The notes: generated by a model not told the origin, from the sequence alone. Counted from the first letter of the stretch, positions 47,958-57,263 are shown. The stretch is 64,000 nt of DNA from Bacteroidaceae bacterium (GCA_024398715.1 JAKSIP010000011.1:880-64879), one strand, 5' to 3'. Translations and numbers: made by a program.

Positions 47958-48080
47958 TCCCCATTCAACAGAAAATCCTCCGGTAATAGACAGGCTGTCA
48001 GGAAAACCTGATGTCTGCATGACAACCCCTGAGCGGATGGCAACAACCTTTATTGTTGGATTGGTATATTCTTTCTTCAT
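47946..48080 (-). CDS. Unlisted 44-codon ORF (MKKEYTNPTIKVVAIRSGVVMQTSGFPDSLSITGGFSVEWGSAD)
   Basis: Translated by hand. ATG 48080-48078 lies 24 nt downstream of the GLUG-protein stop on the same strand, with an A/T-rich upstream context. The stop is TGA at 47948-47946. It overlaps the convergent nagZ end by 12 nt. It is below the track's apparent ~60-aa length cutoff. Confidence 0.35.
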   Translation of the reverse strand: MKKEYTNPTIKVVAIRSGVVMQTSGFPDSLSITGGFSVEWGSAD

Positions 48081-48104
48081 AACATTCTTTTCTAAAACAG
48101 GAAC

Positions 48105-51100
48105 TTACTCATCAAAATAATAAAGCTTGCCGTCAATTATGCTGATGCCTTTTTCAATCGTACCAAGAGGCTGTCCTGCAAGGTTGAATATTCCTTCCTT
48201 GGAAACATTTTCCTCAATATCGGCTTCTACAACCTGAACACTTGTAAGGGTACCGCCATCATAGAAGAATGCTTTTGTTTTGGCAGGGGCGGGTCCGGTT
48301 GTCTTCAAGTAAGCGCGGAATGGTGAAACTGAAAGACTTTGGGTGGCATTTTTCACTGCTCCATCACTGATGAAATACAGACTCTCCAAATCGGTCTTGT
48401 CCGTAAACACCATATCGTTACTACCAAGATTGCCTGTCATTGTCCAGCCGTCGACTTTTAGGTCATTGGGCTCTTTGCTGAATGTTTCGCATATGCTGAT
48501 AAATTCATACAGACTTCCTTTTTGGCCACGGAAATAGAAAACGGCGGGTGTCCCGGCTTTCAGCGTATCAACGGCGCTGAATTCAAACTGCGCCTCATTA
48601 TCATCTCCTGTTACACTTTCCAGTATGTAATATCTTATGGAATCATTGGATTGGACAGCGTATGGAAGAATTACTGTTCCATAATTGCCTAAAATTTCTC
48701 TGTCGGTATAGATTGCCCTTTCTTTGCTGCTTTTATAGTGTGGGTAGGCATCGCCGCCAGGCGCAATGTTCTGTTCCCAAGGCAGACCTACGCTAGCATC
48801 GTTGCTATTACCGTTCAAATTATAGCACAGTGTACCGTCTTTGGCATCTTCTGCAGTGAACATGGATACACCTTTCTGTTCAAAGGTTGTGTCCAAGCTG
48901 TAGCAGTTCTGAACAGTAATGTTAGTTGTATTTTCTCCGCGTGCAAAGCCCATGTTTTTTTCGGTTCCTGTAACTTTACCTGAATTCCAGCAGCCAGTGA
49001 TTGTTGCATTATGCTTGCCAAATCCACAGAGAGCAGCTGTTTGTTTTTCACCGCTTATCTGGCCCATGTTGTAGCTGTTGTCAATGGTAAGTGTCATTTT
49101 ACTGTCGGAATATATTCCACCCACCAATCCGCCACAGTCATAGTTGCCGGTAATATCGGCAGCATTGCCGCAACCTATAATCCTAATGAAGCCATCAGTC
49201 TGGGCTTTGTGATTGGCGCAACCAATAATGGCACCAACACCGTATGTTCCTTTGATTGAACCTGGACCGATAATAAGGTCACGTACTTCTGTGTTTATGT
49301 CAACAACACCAAAGAAACCTTGCCCTTCTTTGAGTTGATTATTGGTATTGTCAAGATTGCTGATTGTATGGCCATCGCCAAAACATCTGCCTGAGAACGG
49401 GTGATCAGATGTACCTATCGGTTCCCAATCAATACCTTCGCAGTCAATGTCAGCGTTGATATATACCAGATATGTAGGTCTCTTCCCATTTTCCACATGC
49501 TTTCGCAGTGTGTCCAGGTCTGCAACGCTTGAAATTATATACACACCGTCAATATTCTCGAAATTTTGCATATTTTCATTATTGCGAGACTGGTCCGGTA
49601 CCGGATATCTGTCACCTATAGCCTGATGCCATGGAGAATTGTCGCTTGTTTCTCCGTCATTGAGTAAATTGGCAACTTCTCCATTTTTCAATATATAGCT
49701 TGTAACAGGAATTCTATCGTCTTTCTTATTATCATAACTCTCGGCAAGATAATAGTTCTTTGTCAAAGTTCCCAGATCTTCTTTATTGAAATTACCTATC
49801 GGATCAGACTTTCCGTCCTTTTGATGATTGTTAACCTCACCAACATTGAGACAGTGATTTATTATATCGCCATGGTCACCCTCGCCAAAGATGCCGCCAA
49901 CAAATTCATAACCTTTGATTGTGCCGGCATTCAGGCAGTGGGTAATGGTGGTTGGACCGCAACTTTCACTGTTGGTTTCTCCTACAATGCCACCTACACC
50001 GGCATCGTAGCAGATCAGAACACCATAGTTGATACACATGCTGAATGTTCCTCCCACACAATAACCGCATATTCCGCCAACATCGTCGTGTGCGTCCAGT
50101 TCCTGATCAATATATACTACAAGCGCAGCCACTGCACCAGCCACTATAGTAACGAATGCTGCTGTCAGAACAACAGGTGCAGCCGGTGATTCTATCAGAG
50201 CCAACATCCAACCTACTGCATTTCCTATTACACCTAAACCAAGTCCTCCAATATATGACGCTGCCATTGCGGCAATGTCAAAGTCCTGATCTTTATATTG
50301 TTCCTCCAGTGCCTTTTCAATTTCAGTAAGGTCTATATTATCGAGGGCTTTCTTCATATTGCTGACTGCATTGATGAAATCAGCTTCTTTGCTGTGCATA
50401 ATGCAACCGCTGTTACTGCAGTTTGAAAAGTGAGATTTTCTGCTTTTGCCGGTAATGCCGCCAACACAATCGTCAAGTGCTCCTATCTGGGCCATGTTGA
50501 TGCAGAATACAAACTGGTCACTGTTGCTGTCTCCCACAAAACCGCCGGCGTATGCATTACCCCAACTGCCGTCTGCATAGACACTTGAATATGCGCTGTT
50601 GCTGCAGTTGCAGTAAAATGAATTGTAACTGAGCCCGACAAAACCTCCGGCACGGTTGCCATCAACTGTGACATCGTTGTTGATACCCATCACATTACGG
50701 AATTCACAATTCTCGGCTTTACCTACAATGGCTCCTGCATCATCGTCATCGTTGAAGACGGATACGTTGGCAACCACTACATTGGTAAACTTGGTGTTTT
50801 TGGCTGTATATGCTACAGCGCCTATGTCATCGTCGTCCCAATCAAGACGGAAATTGCTTATGATAAGGTTTTTCAGGGTGGCTCCCTCAAGAGCTTTGAA
50901 GATAGGTTTGTGAGCCCGCTTGTCTGACCCTTTTGTGTTTTCACCGCCACCGAGTGAGTGGCATATGGGTTTTCCTGATTCATCGGTTCCAGAGCCATCA
51001 ATGATACCTTTGTAGGTAATATTGAGCATGTCAAAATTCTTTGGCAAAACAATATCGGCAGCAAGTCTGATGTTTTCATTATTTTGAACTGCCGTTTTGA

Positions 51101-51194
51101 ATCTATCGTAATTCTCTACTACTGTGAATTGCGTCCCTGCCATTGCTCCTATACAACTTAACAACAGCAACATGAGTGTGATATACTTTCTCAT
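48105..51194 (-). CDS. Large secreted GLUG-motif beta-helix repeat protein with internal hydrophobic hairpin
   Basis: The track start 51212 is a TTG. ATG 51194 gives the signal MRKYITLMLLLLSCIGAMA. There are more than ten GG[FILV]xG repeats (GGFVG, GGITG, GGICG, GGIVG, GGIFG, GGLVG). A hydrophobic stretch spans aa 313-367 (track-ORF numbering). The C-terminus, EGIFNLAGQPLGTIEKGISIIDGKLYYFDE, resembles a T9SS-type sorting tail. Confidence 0.75.
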   Translation of the reverse strand: MRKYITLMLLLLSCIGAMAGTQFTVVENYDRFKTAVQNNENIRLAADIVLPKNFDMLNITYKGIIDGSGTDESGKPICHSLGGGENTKGSDKRAHKPIFKALEGATLKNLIISNFRLDWDDDDIGAVAYTAKNTKFTNVVVANVSVFNDDDDAGAIVGKAENCEFRNVMGINNDVTVDGNRAGGFVGLSYNSFYCNCSNSAYSSVYADGSWGNAYAGGFVGDSNSDQFVFCINMAQIGALDDCVGGITGKSRKSHFSNCSNSGCIMHSKEADFINAVSNMKKALDNIDLTEIEKALEEQYKDQDFDIAAMAASYIGGLGLGVIGNAVGWMLALIESPAAPVVLTAAFVTIVAGAVAALVVYIDQELDAHDDVGGICGYCVGGTFSMCINYGVLICYDAGVGGIVGETNSESCGPTTITHCLNAGTIKGYEFVGGIFGEGDHGDIINHCLNVGEVNNHQKDGKSDPIGNFNKEDLGTLTKNYYLAESYDNKKDDRIPVTSYILKNGEVANLLNDGETSDNSPWHQAIGDRYPVPDQSRNNENMQNFENIDGVYIISSVADLDTLRKHVENGKRPTYLVYINADIDCEGIDWEPIGTSDHPFSGRCFGDGHTISNLDNTNNQLKEGQGFFGVVDINTEVRDLIIGPGSIKGTYGVGAIIGCANHKAQTDGFIRIIGCGNAADITGNYDCGGLVGGIYSDSKMTLTIDNSYNMGQISGEKQTAALCGFGKHNATITGCWNSGKVTGTEKNMGFARGENTTNITVQNCYSLDTTFEQKGVSMFTAEDAKDGTLCYNLNGNSNDASVGLPWEQNIAPGGDAYPHYKSSKERAIYTDREILGNYGTVILPYAVQSNDSIRYYILESVTGDDNEAQFEFSAVDTLKAGTPAVFYFRGQKGSLYEFISICETFSKEPNDLKVDGWTMTGNLGSNDMVFTDKTDLESLYFISDGAVKNATQSLSVSPFRAYLKTTGPAPAKTKAFFYDGGTLTSVQVVEADIEENVSKEGIFNLAGQPLGTIEKGISIIDGKLYYFDE

Positions 51195-51269
51195 AATATG
51201 AACAATTTCCAAATTTTATGCAAGATTACTTATTTTTGTTTGAATGTGCAATTCTTGACTGGATTTTCA

Positions 51270-52775
51270 TTAACGGGATTCATGAACAGCCTGCTTTGCA
51301 TCTTTTCTGATTGCCTTGCTGAATTGTCTCAAACTGACGGTCACCGGCTCAACAGTGAACTCGGGAATATTGTAGGATTTCATGAAAAAAGCATTGTGCA
51401 ACGGCTTTTCCTGAGGAATGACAAAAGCCTTTGAAACCTCACCCTGTGGAGAAAAGTAGGCAAGATACAGCCTTGAATACGAACCGTCATCGCGTCTTGA
51501 CGTGAAAACTATCCACCGGCCGTTCGATGACCAGCTGTGATAACTTTCAGAATCAGGACTGTTGGCGTTGTCCAACTCATATTCGTTACCGTTATCCAGA
51601 TTCTTTACATACAGGTCGCTGCTTTTATGCCAAATGTGGAATGTCCCGTAGTCTGCCAATGAATATAGCAGCCATTTCCCATCTGGCGAAATGCGTGGCA
51701 GTAATGCACTTTTCCCGTTGCTGGCGGCATTGACAATGGTCTGTGCCGCACCGAATGTCAGAGAATCACCATTGAAAGGAATACGGTTAATGTTGTATTT
51801 TATGTCTTTGTAATGCTCGGAAAAGAAGTCGGGCGCATTCTGTCCGTTTGTCTTGATATGTGCGGTAGAATAATACAGCCACTTTCCGTCCGGACTCCAG
51901 CTTGGATATGTTTCCAGTTCATCAGAATCGTTGCGTATTATCTGAACGTGGTTGTTTTCTATGTTGTACAGAACAAGATCAGATTCTGAATCCATTACTT
52001 CGACTTTCTGCGGATCAATACTGTGGAACAACTGTCTTGTACGGTTGACCGAGTATGCAATCAGTTGCTTTGTAGGGTGCCATGCGGGGTACTGTCCGGC
52101 GCCTGGCAGACTGTCTGTTTTAATGTTTATCTTTTCAGGCTTTCCGTTTGACACTATTATGGTGCCGCCTTTATATGCGCGTGCATGGAACTGCATATTG
52201 TCTGTTTTATAGTTCTGGAAACTGTGACAGTTGATGCATTGCATTTCATTTGCCTTGTAGTCCTGCAGATTATTGTATATTACATGCTCCTTGAAACTGG
52301 TCAGGTCTCTCTGAACCAGCCATAATCTGTCATAACGTACATAGCCGGGTTCGATAAGTCTGTAGGACAGATACGTGTCAACGGGGTAGTCCGATATGCT
52401 GTTTGTAAACGGTGCCAAAGCCTTCCATTTCCCGTTTTGCAGCAGGTAAACTGTTACGGTGTAACTTTTACCTTTATTGTTGGCAAGTAGTTTTTTCCAT
52501 TTGTCGGGGTCAATCTTTATTTCCGGTCCTTTTATTACTATTCTTGAATTGTCCTGACCTTCAATGCAGACAATATATCTGTCCGCTCTCATGTCTATGT
52601 AAAAATTAAGCGGAGCAATGTTGTACGGAACAGTAATGCGTGAATAATCCGGATATATCAGGGCCTTGTCCTTACTCAGCTGTGCATCTGCGGGAACGTC
52701 TGCAGTGCAACTGCACAACCAGCCCGCCGCAATTCCGAACAATATGCCCAGTATTTTGCCTGCAAATACTCTCAT
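51270..52775 (-). CDS. Lipoprotein with PD40/TolB-like beta-propeller repeats and one CXXCH motif
   Basis: Lipobox GWLCSC. CINCH is at 52224-52238. Repeats read SWSPDGKWLYYS, ISPDGKWLLYS and SWSSNGRWIVFTS. Confidence 0.75.
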   Translation of the reverse strand: MRVFAGKILGILFGIAAGWLCSCTADVPADAQLSKDKALIYPDYSRITVPYNIAPLNFYIDMRADRYIVCIEGQDNSRIVIKGPEIKIDPDKWKKLLANNKGKSYTVTVYLLQNGKWKALAPFTNSISDYPVDTYLSYRLIEPGYVRYDRLWLVQRDLTSFKEHVIYNNLQDYKANEMQCINCHSFQNYKTDNMQFHARAYKGGTIIVSNGKPEKINIKTDSLPGAGQYPAWHPTKQLIAYSVNRTRQLFHSIDPQKVEVMDSESDLVLYNIENNHVQIIRNDSDELETYPSWSPDGKWLYYSTAHIKTNGQNAPDFFSEHYKDIKYNINRIPFNGDSLTFGAAQTIVNAASNGKSALLPRISPDGKWLLYSLADYGTFHIWHKSSDLYVKNLDNGNEYELDNANSPDSESYHSWSSNGRWIVFTSRRDDGSYSRLYLAYFSPQGEVSKAFVIPQEKPLHNAFFMKSYNIPEFTVEPVTVSLRQFSKAIRKDAKQAVHESR

Positions 52776-52779
52776 AATC

Positions 52780-54570
52780 TCAGTTGGTTATTTCTCCGTT
52801 AACAAATTGGTAGTAATACCAATATGTATCTCCAAAATTCTTCTCAGCAATTCTGCCGACTTTTTCCTGGGACATTCCTGTGTTCCCATACTCTCTGACC
52901 AGGTCTGTAAATTGTTCAAAGCGCTTGATTACGTCTCTGTTGCACATCCGCTCAATCTGTTCCATGTCAAAATCCTGGAACATGCCGAACATCAGGGCGG
53001 CCTCTTGTACATGCCTTGGAAGTACGGCTGCATTATTGGCGTATTTCTCAAAGCAGTACCAGAAATCGCTGTTCGATTTGGTTATCAGTGCAATGCCCAT
53101 AGACATTTCAATTTGGGCAAGTGATTCAGGTTCAGTTTCAAGATAATGGAACAGAATAGTACTTTCCATAGTAACATCGTCTTCTCCAAGTACGTTGTCA
53201 AACGTGTTCAACGCTTTTACTTTGTTCAGAGTCTTGTCTTTTGCAAACAGTTTCCCGTCAAAAGCATATGCAATGTATCTGTCTGCCCATTTTTTGTAGA
53301 AAAGAGTGCTTGACAACTGTCTGGCGTACCGCTGTGAAAGTTGCCTTTCTCCGCTCAATACACTGCACAGAAGCATATTCTTGTAATAAGACACACATGC
53401 CCCGTTATTGACAAGACTCTCCATGTTCCATCTGTAACAATTGTTTGCAAGCCCGTAGTAGAACGGAATGATTGTAGAACCTATTTCCGTGTAAGTGGCA
53501 CGTTTGTTTTTTGTATTTAGTGTTGATGATGTCTCGTAAGGGTATTTGAACATTTCATCAAGTAATACGCCTTTCTGGAAAAGTGCAATATTTCTGTACA
53601 GACAAATGAGCCTGCTTTGTTCTTTGCACGGGACACTGCTTATTTCCAAAACTTTGTTCCAGTTGCCGTTGTGTATTGCCCTTTCAATGGCAAGCTGTTT
53701 CCTGAAACTTGAGTCTCTGTATGAGAATGTCAGAACAAGAGCAATGCACAGCGGTATTGCTGCTTTCTGCGATATTCTTAGAACATTCACGCCAAGTCTG
53801 CCGCGTAACGCTGGCAACAGAATTATGAACAGGTAATCTGCGAATAACGGAATCCACAGATATACAGATGTCCCCAATGCTCTGAATGGAAAACCGTATA
53901 TGTACATGAATTTCAGTGCACAATCATGGTATATGCAGTGGTATGCAAGCGGAACGGTTGCGGCTGCAATTATGCTGGTTGCCGTTACTGCCGTATTTTT
54001 CCCACGTACTGCTGCGATGATTGTTCCCAGGAGAGAGTAAAAACCGAATAGTGGATATCCGGCAATAATATACAATACTATTGTTGCAATACAGAATTTG
54101 TTGTTTTTGTTCCTGCACAGCCATACCGGAATCAGTGCAGCCATTGTACCCAGTATGTGACTGTAGAATATCTCACTGTGTTTGATTATGTATATGGTGT
54201 AGTCAAACTGTGTGACAAACAGAAGCAGGGCTGCCGATGGTAGAAATGAAACAAGTGCATTATTCTTGTCTATTCCGAATGCTTTGTAAACCATCCATGC
54301 AAGAAGACAGAGCATTCCTGTGAAAATCAGGCCTCCTAACCACGGATAATAGAAGAACTGGGTCAGAAATCTTCCGGCATATTCCAGAAAACCTGCGGGC
54401 TGTGTCATTTTGTCGGCAAAGAAACTGCTGCTGAATTGAAACAAAGAGAGCTCCTGGCCGCGGAACAGCATGTCGGTCCGCACTATGGCTGTCATCCAAT
54501 ATGAAAACAGAATGAACACTGCGGTGCCCGCAGTGTTCATCCATGAACCATATTTAGTGTTAGCCACCAT
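52780..54570 (-). CDS. DUF6057-like polytopic membrane protein
   Basis: About 10 hydrophobic segments in the first ~300 aa, then a ~290-aa helical soluble region ending in TYWYYYQF. The family name is from memory. The start is 3 nt after the upstream oxidoreductase gamma stop. Confidence 0.7.
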   Translation of the reverse strand: MVANTKYGSWMNTAGTAVFILFSYWMTAIVRTDMLFRGQELSLFQFSSSFFADKMTQPAGFLEYAGRFLTQFFYYPWLGGLIFTGMLCLLAWMVYKAFGIDKNNALVSFLPSAALLLFVTQFDYTIYIIKHSEIFYSHILGTMAALIPVWLCRNKNNKFCIATIVLYIIAGYPLFGFYSLLGTIIAAVRGKNTAVTATSIIAAATVPLAYHCIYHDCALKFMYIYGFPFRALGTSVYLWIPLFADYLFIILLPALRGRLGVNVLRISQKAAIPLCIALVLTFSYRDSSFRKQLAIERAIHNGNWNKVLEISSVPCKEQSRLICLYRNIALFQKGVLLDEMFKYPYETSSTLNTKNKRATYTEIGSTIIPFYYGLANNCYRWNMESLVNNGACVSYYKNMLLCSVLSGERQLSQRYARQLSSTLFYKKWADRYIAYAFDGKLFAKDKTLNKVKALNTFDNVLGEDDVTMESTILFHYLETEPESLAQIEMSMGIALITKSNSDFWYCFEKYANNAAVLPRHVQEAALMFGMFQDFDMEQIERMCNRDVIKRFEQFTDLVREYGNTGMSQEKVGRIAEKNFGDTYWYYYQFVNGEITN

Positions 54571-54573
54571 GTT

Positions 54574-55110
54574 TTATTTGACAAGATCCATACCGGCCTT
54601 GATTGCCTGCTCGTTAAGTGGCAGGTATTTCCAGTTACGTTCGGATACGGAGTGCTTGACTCCTTCCATTACGTAATTGATGTCAAGAATAGGATGTATC
54701 TTCATGAATGCACCAAGAAGGAACATGTTGGCAACCTTTGTCGCATTTATCTTTGCAGCCTCTTCAATAGCCTTGATAGGATAGATGTTGATATCTGTAC
54801 GTGTAGGCACGCGGGTTATAGTACTTGGTGTGTAAATCAGTGTACCGCCCGGCTTGACTGTTGATTCAAACTTATCCATAGACTGCTGGTTCAGAATGAT
54901 AGCCGTGCTGAACTTCTGCAGAATAGGGGAACTGATGCGCTGGTCTGAAAGGATTACGGTTACGTTTGCCGTACCACCACGGATTTCAGGGCCATAACTT
55001 GGTATCCAACTTACTTCAAGACCCTGCATAAGTCCCGAATATGCAATAATCTTACCCATTGAGAGAACACCCTGTCCTCCAAAGCCTGCAATAATTATTT
55101 CTTCTGTCAT
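54574..55110 (-). CDS. 2-oxoacid:ferredoxin oxidoreductase, gamma subunit
   Basis: 178 aa with IIAGFGGQGVLSMGKI. Confidence 0.88.
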   Translation of the reverse strand: MTEEIIIAGFGGQGVLSMGKIIAYSGLMQGLEVSWIPSYGPEIRGGTANVTVILSDQRISSPILQKFSTAIILNQQSMDKFESTVKPGGTLIYTPSTITRVPTRTDINIYPIKAIEEAAKINATKVANMFLLGAFMKIHPILDINYVMEGVKHSVSERNWKYLPLNEQAIKAGMDLVK

Positions 55111-55123
55111 GACTTATGCCTCC

Positions 55124-55921
55124 TTATTTCTTTTCATAAACATTGTTGATTACCAGCTGGCCGTCAACTTTCATATCACCTAACGGATATTTGGCAAACA
55201 TGTTCTCTTCCATCCACTTGTTAGCGGCAATCGGACTCATACCCCAACCTGAATTGCAATTGGAAACAATTTCAACAATCGATGTTCCTTTTTTGTTCTT
55301 CTGGTTCTCGAATGCCTGGCGCAAAGCCTTCTTGGTTTTGCGTACTGCGGCAGGAGTCTGGACTGACTGACGGGTCACGTAATATGTACCCGGCAACTGA
55401 GCCAGCAGCGGTGTGATTGCAAGCGGATAACCCATTGTCTTTACATCGCGGCCACGCGGACAGGTTGTTGTTTTCATTCCTTCCAGTGTGGTTGGAGCCA
55501 TCTGACCGCCGGTCATACCGTAAATACCGTTGTTGATGAATACAATCACTATGTTTTCACCACGGTTGCAGGCATGCATTGTTTCACCTGTACCGATAGC
55601 TGCAAGGTCACCGTCACCCTGATATGTAAACACAAACTTGTCAGGCTGAACGCGTTTGATACCTGTAGCGACTGCGCAGGCACGGCCATGTGCGGCCTCA
55701 ACAACATCAAACTTATAGAAATCGTAAAGGAATACTGAGCAACCTACAGGAGATATGCCTATGACATCGTTCTCAATACCCATCTCTTCAATAACCTCGG
55801 CAATGGTGCGTACTGCAACTCCGTGTCCGCAACCCGGACAGAAATTGAATACGTTGTCGCTCATAAGGCGGCTTTTCTTATATACCAGATTCTCTGGTTT
55901 GATTATATCTTTTACGTCCAT
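55124..55921 (-). CDS. 2-oxoacid:ferredoxin oxidoreductase, beta (TPP-binding) subunit
   Basis: FCPGCGHG and GDGDLAAIG. Confidence 0.88.
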   Translation of the reverse strand: MDVKDIIKPENLVYKKSRLMSDNVFNFCPGCGHGVAVRTIAEVIEEMGIENDVIGISPVGCSVFLYDFYKFDVVEAAHGRACAVATGIKRVQPDKFVFTYQGDGDLAAIGTGETMHACNRGENIVIVFINNGIYGMTGGQMAPTTLEGMKTTTCPRGRDVKTMGYPLAITPLLAQLPGTYYVTRQSVQTPAAVRKTKKALRQAFENQKNKKGTSIVEIVSNCNSGWGMSPIAANKWMEENMFAKYPLGDMKVDGQLVINNVYEKK

Positions 55922-55933
55922 CTCTTTTCAGTA

Positions 55934-57010
55934 TTAAAGGTCAAACTGTTTGATAATGGCATTCTCTATCTCTTCTGGTGTAGGAACCATACCGCCAAGA
56001 CGGCCAAAGAAGCCAACAGGCTTGCGGCCTTCTACTGCCAGACGGATATCTTCTATCATCTGACCGGCGTTAAGTTCAACAGAAGTAAAGCCCTTGATGC
56101 GCGGATTCTCTGCAAGTTCTGTAATCTGGTTCATCGGGAAAGGATACAGGGTGATAGGACGGAACAGTCCAACCTTGATTCCTTTGGCGCGCAACAGTTC
56201 TACGGACTTCTGGGCTATACGGGCAATAATACCGAAAGCTACAATAACATACTCGGCATCATCGCACATGATTGTTTCATAACGGACCTCTTCCTGCTCC
56301 ATCCTGCGGTATTTCTCCTGAAGGCGGATGTTGACAAGTTCGTGCTGCTGTGGCAGCAGATTCAATGATGTGATAAAGCGGCGTTCCTTGCCTTTCGGTG
56401 TTCCGTTTGTTGCCCAATCGGGGTATTCAGTCAAACGTGGGCGCTGCTCAGGCAGATAAACCTTTTCCATCATCTGTCCAAGAGAACCGTCTGACAGGAT
56501 ACATACCGGGTTACGGTATTTGAACGCAAGATCAAAACCAAGTGCTACAAAATCTGCCATTTCCTGAACTGAACTTGGCGCCAGTGTAAGGAGTTTGTAG
56601 TCTCCGTGACCGCAACCTTTTACTGTCTGGAAATAGTCTGCCTGTGACGGCTGTATTGTACCAAGACCTGGACCTCCACGTGATACGTTGATAAGCAGGC
56701 AGGGCAATTCAGCTCCCGCAATATAAGAAATACCCTCGGCCATAAGGCTGAATCCCGGGCTTGATGTTGATGTAAGTACTCTATGGCCTGTTGCAGCGCA
56801 ACCGTAAACCATATTGATTGCAGACACCTCGCTTTCTGCCTGAAGGACAGCCATACCTGTACGTGCGGTACAATCCGTTTCAAACAGATACTCAATAACC
56901 TCGGTCTGCGGAGTGATAGGATAACCAAAGTAGGCATCGGCACCGGCACGGATGGCGGCCTCGGCCAAAGCCTCGTTACCTTTCATTAATCTTAGTTCTC
57001 TTTTCTCCAT
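55934..57010 (-). CDS. vorB: 2-oxoacid:ferredoxin oxidoreductase, alpha subunit (VorB-type)
   Basis: LMKGNEALAEAAIRAGADAYFGYPITPQTE. The symbol follows the usual annotation of this Bacteroidales ortholog. Substrate is not determined. Confidence 0.8.
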   Translation of the reverse strand: MEKRELRLMKGNEALAEAAIRAGADAYFGYPITPQTEVIEYLFETDCTARTGMAVLQAESEVSAINMVYGCAATGHRVLTSTSSPGFSLMAEGISYIAGAELPCLLINVSRGGPGLGTIQPSQADYFQTVKGCGHGDYKLLTLAPSSVQEMADFVALGFDLAFKYRNPVCILSDGSLGQMMEKVYLPEQRPRLTEYPDWATNGTPKGKERRFITSLNLLPQQHELVNIRLQEKYRRMEQEEVRYETIMCDDAEYVIVAFGIIARIAQKSVELLRAKGIKVGLFRPITLYPFPMNQITELAENPRIKGFTSVELNAGQMIEDIRLAVEGRKPVGFFGRLGGMVPTPEEIENAIIKQFDL

Positions 57011-57014
57011 TATA

Positions 57015-57245
57015 TTATTCTTCTACTTTGGTCCTGTAAACGGAAATGACACCGTCAGGACAAATGATTCCACAATTTGTACAACCTACGCAAGCTTCCG
57101 GCTTTACCATCATAGCATAATGGTAACCTTTGCTGTTAACCTTGGAGGACATTCCTATCACGCCCTGGTTACAGGTGTTTACGCAAAGCTCGCAACCTTT
57201 ACAGCGCTCTATATCAACGCTGATTGCTCCAATTACTTTTGCCAT
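57015..57245 (-). CDS. 4Fe-4S ferredoxin-type delta subunit
   Basis: 76 aa with two clusters, CKGCELC...C and CVGCTNC...CP. Confidence 0.88.
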   Translation of the reverse strand: MAKVIGAISVDIERCKGCELCVNTCNQGVIGMSSKVNSKGYHYAMMVKPEACVGCTNCGIICPDGVISVYRTKVEE

Positions 57246-57263
57246 ATCTATTCAATAATTCGT

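Noticed and set aside
48105-48260. Firm call of a T9SS C-terminal sorting domain on the GLUG protein
   Set aside because: Only the last ~30 residues resemble the IYxLxGxxV...KGIYIxNGK pattern. The tail ends in YYFDE rather than the usual basic/hydrophobic end, and no T9SS genes are in the window. I kept it as a remark only.
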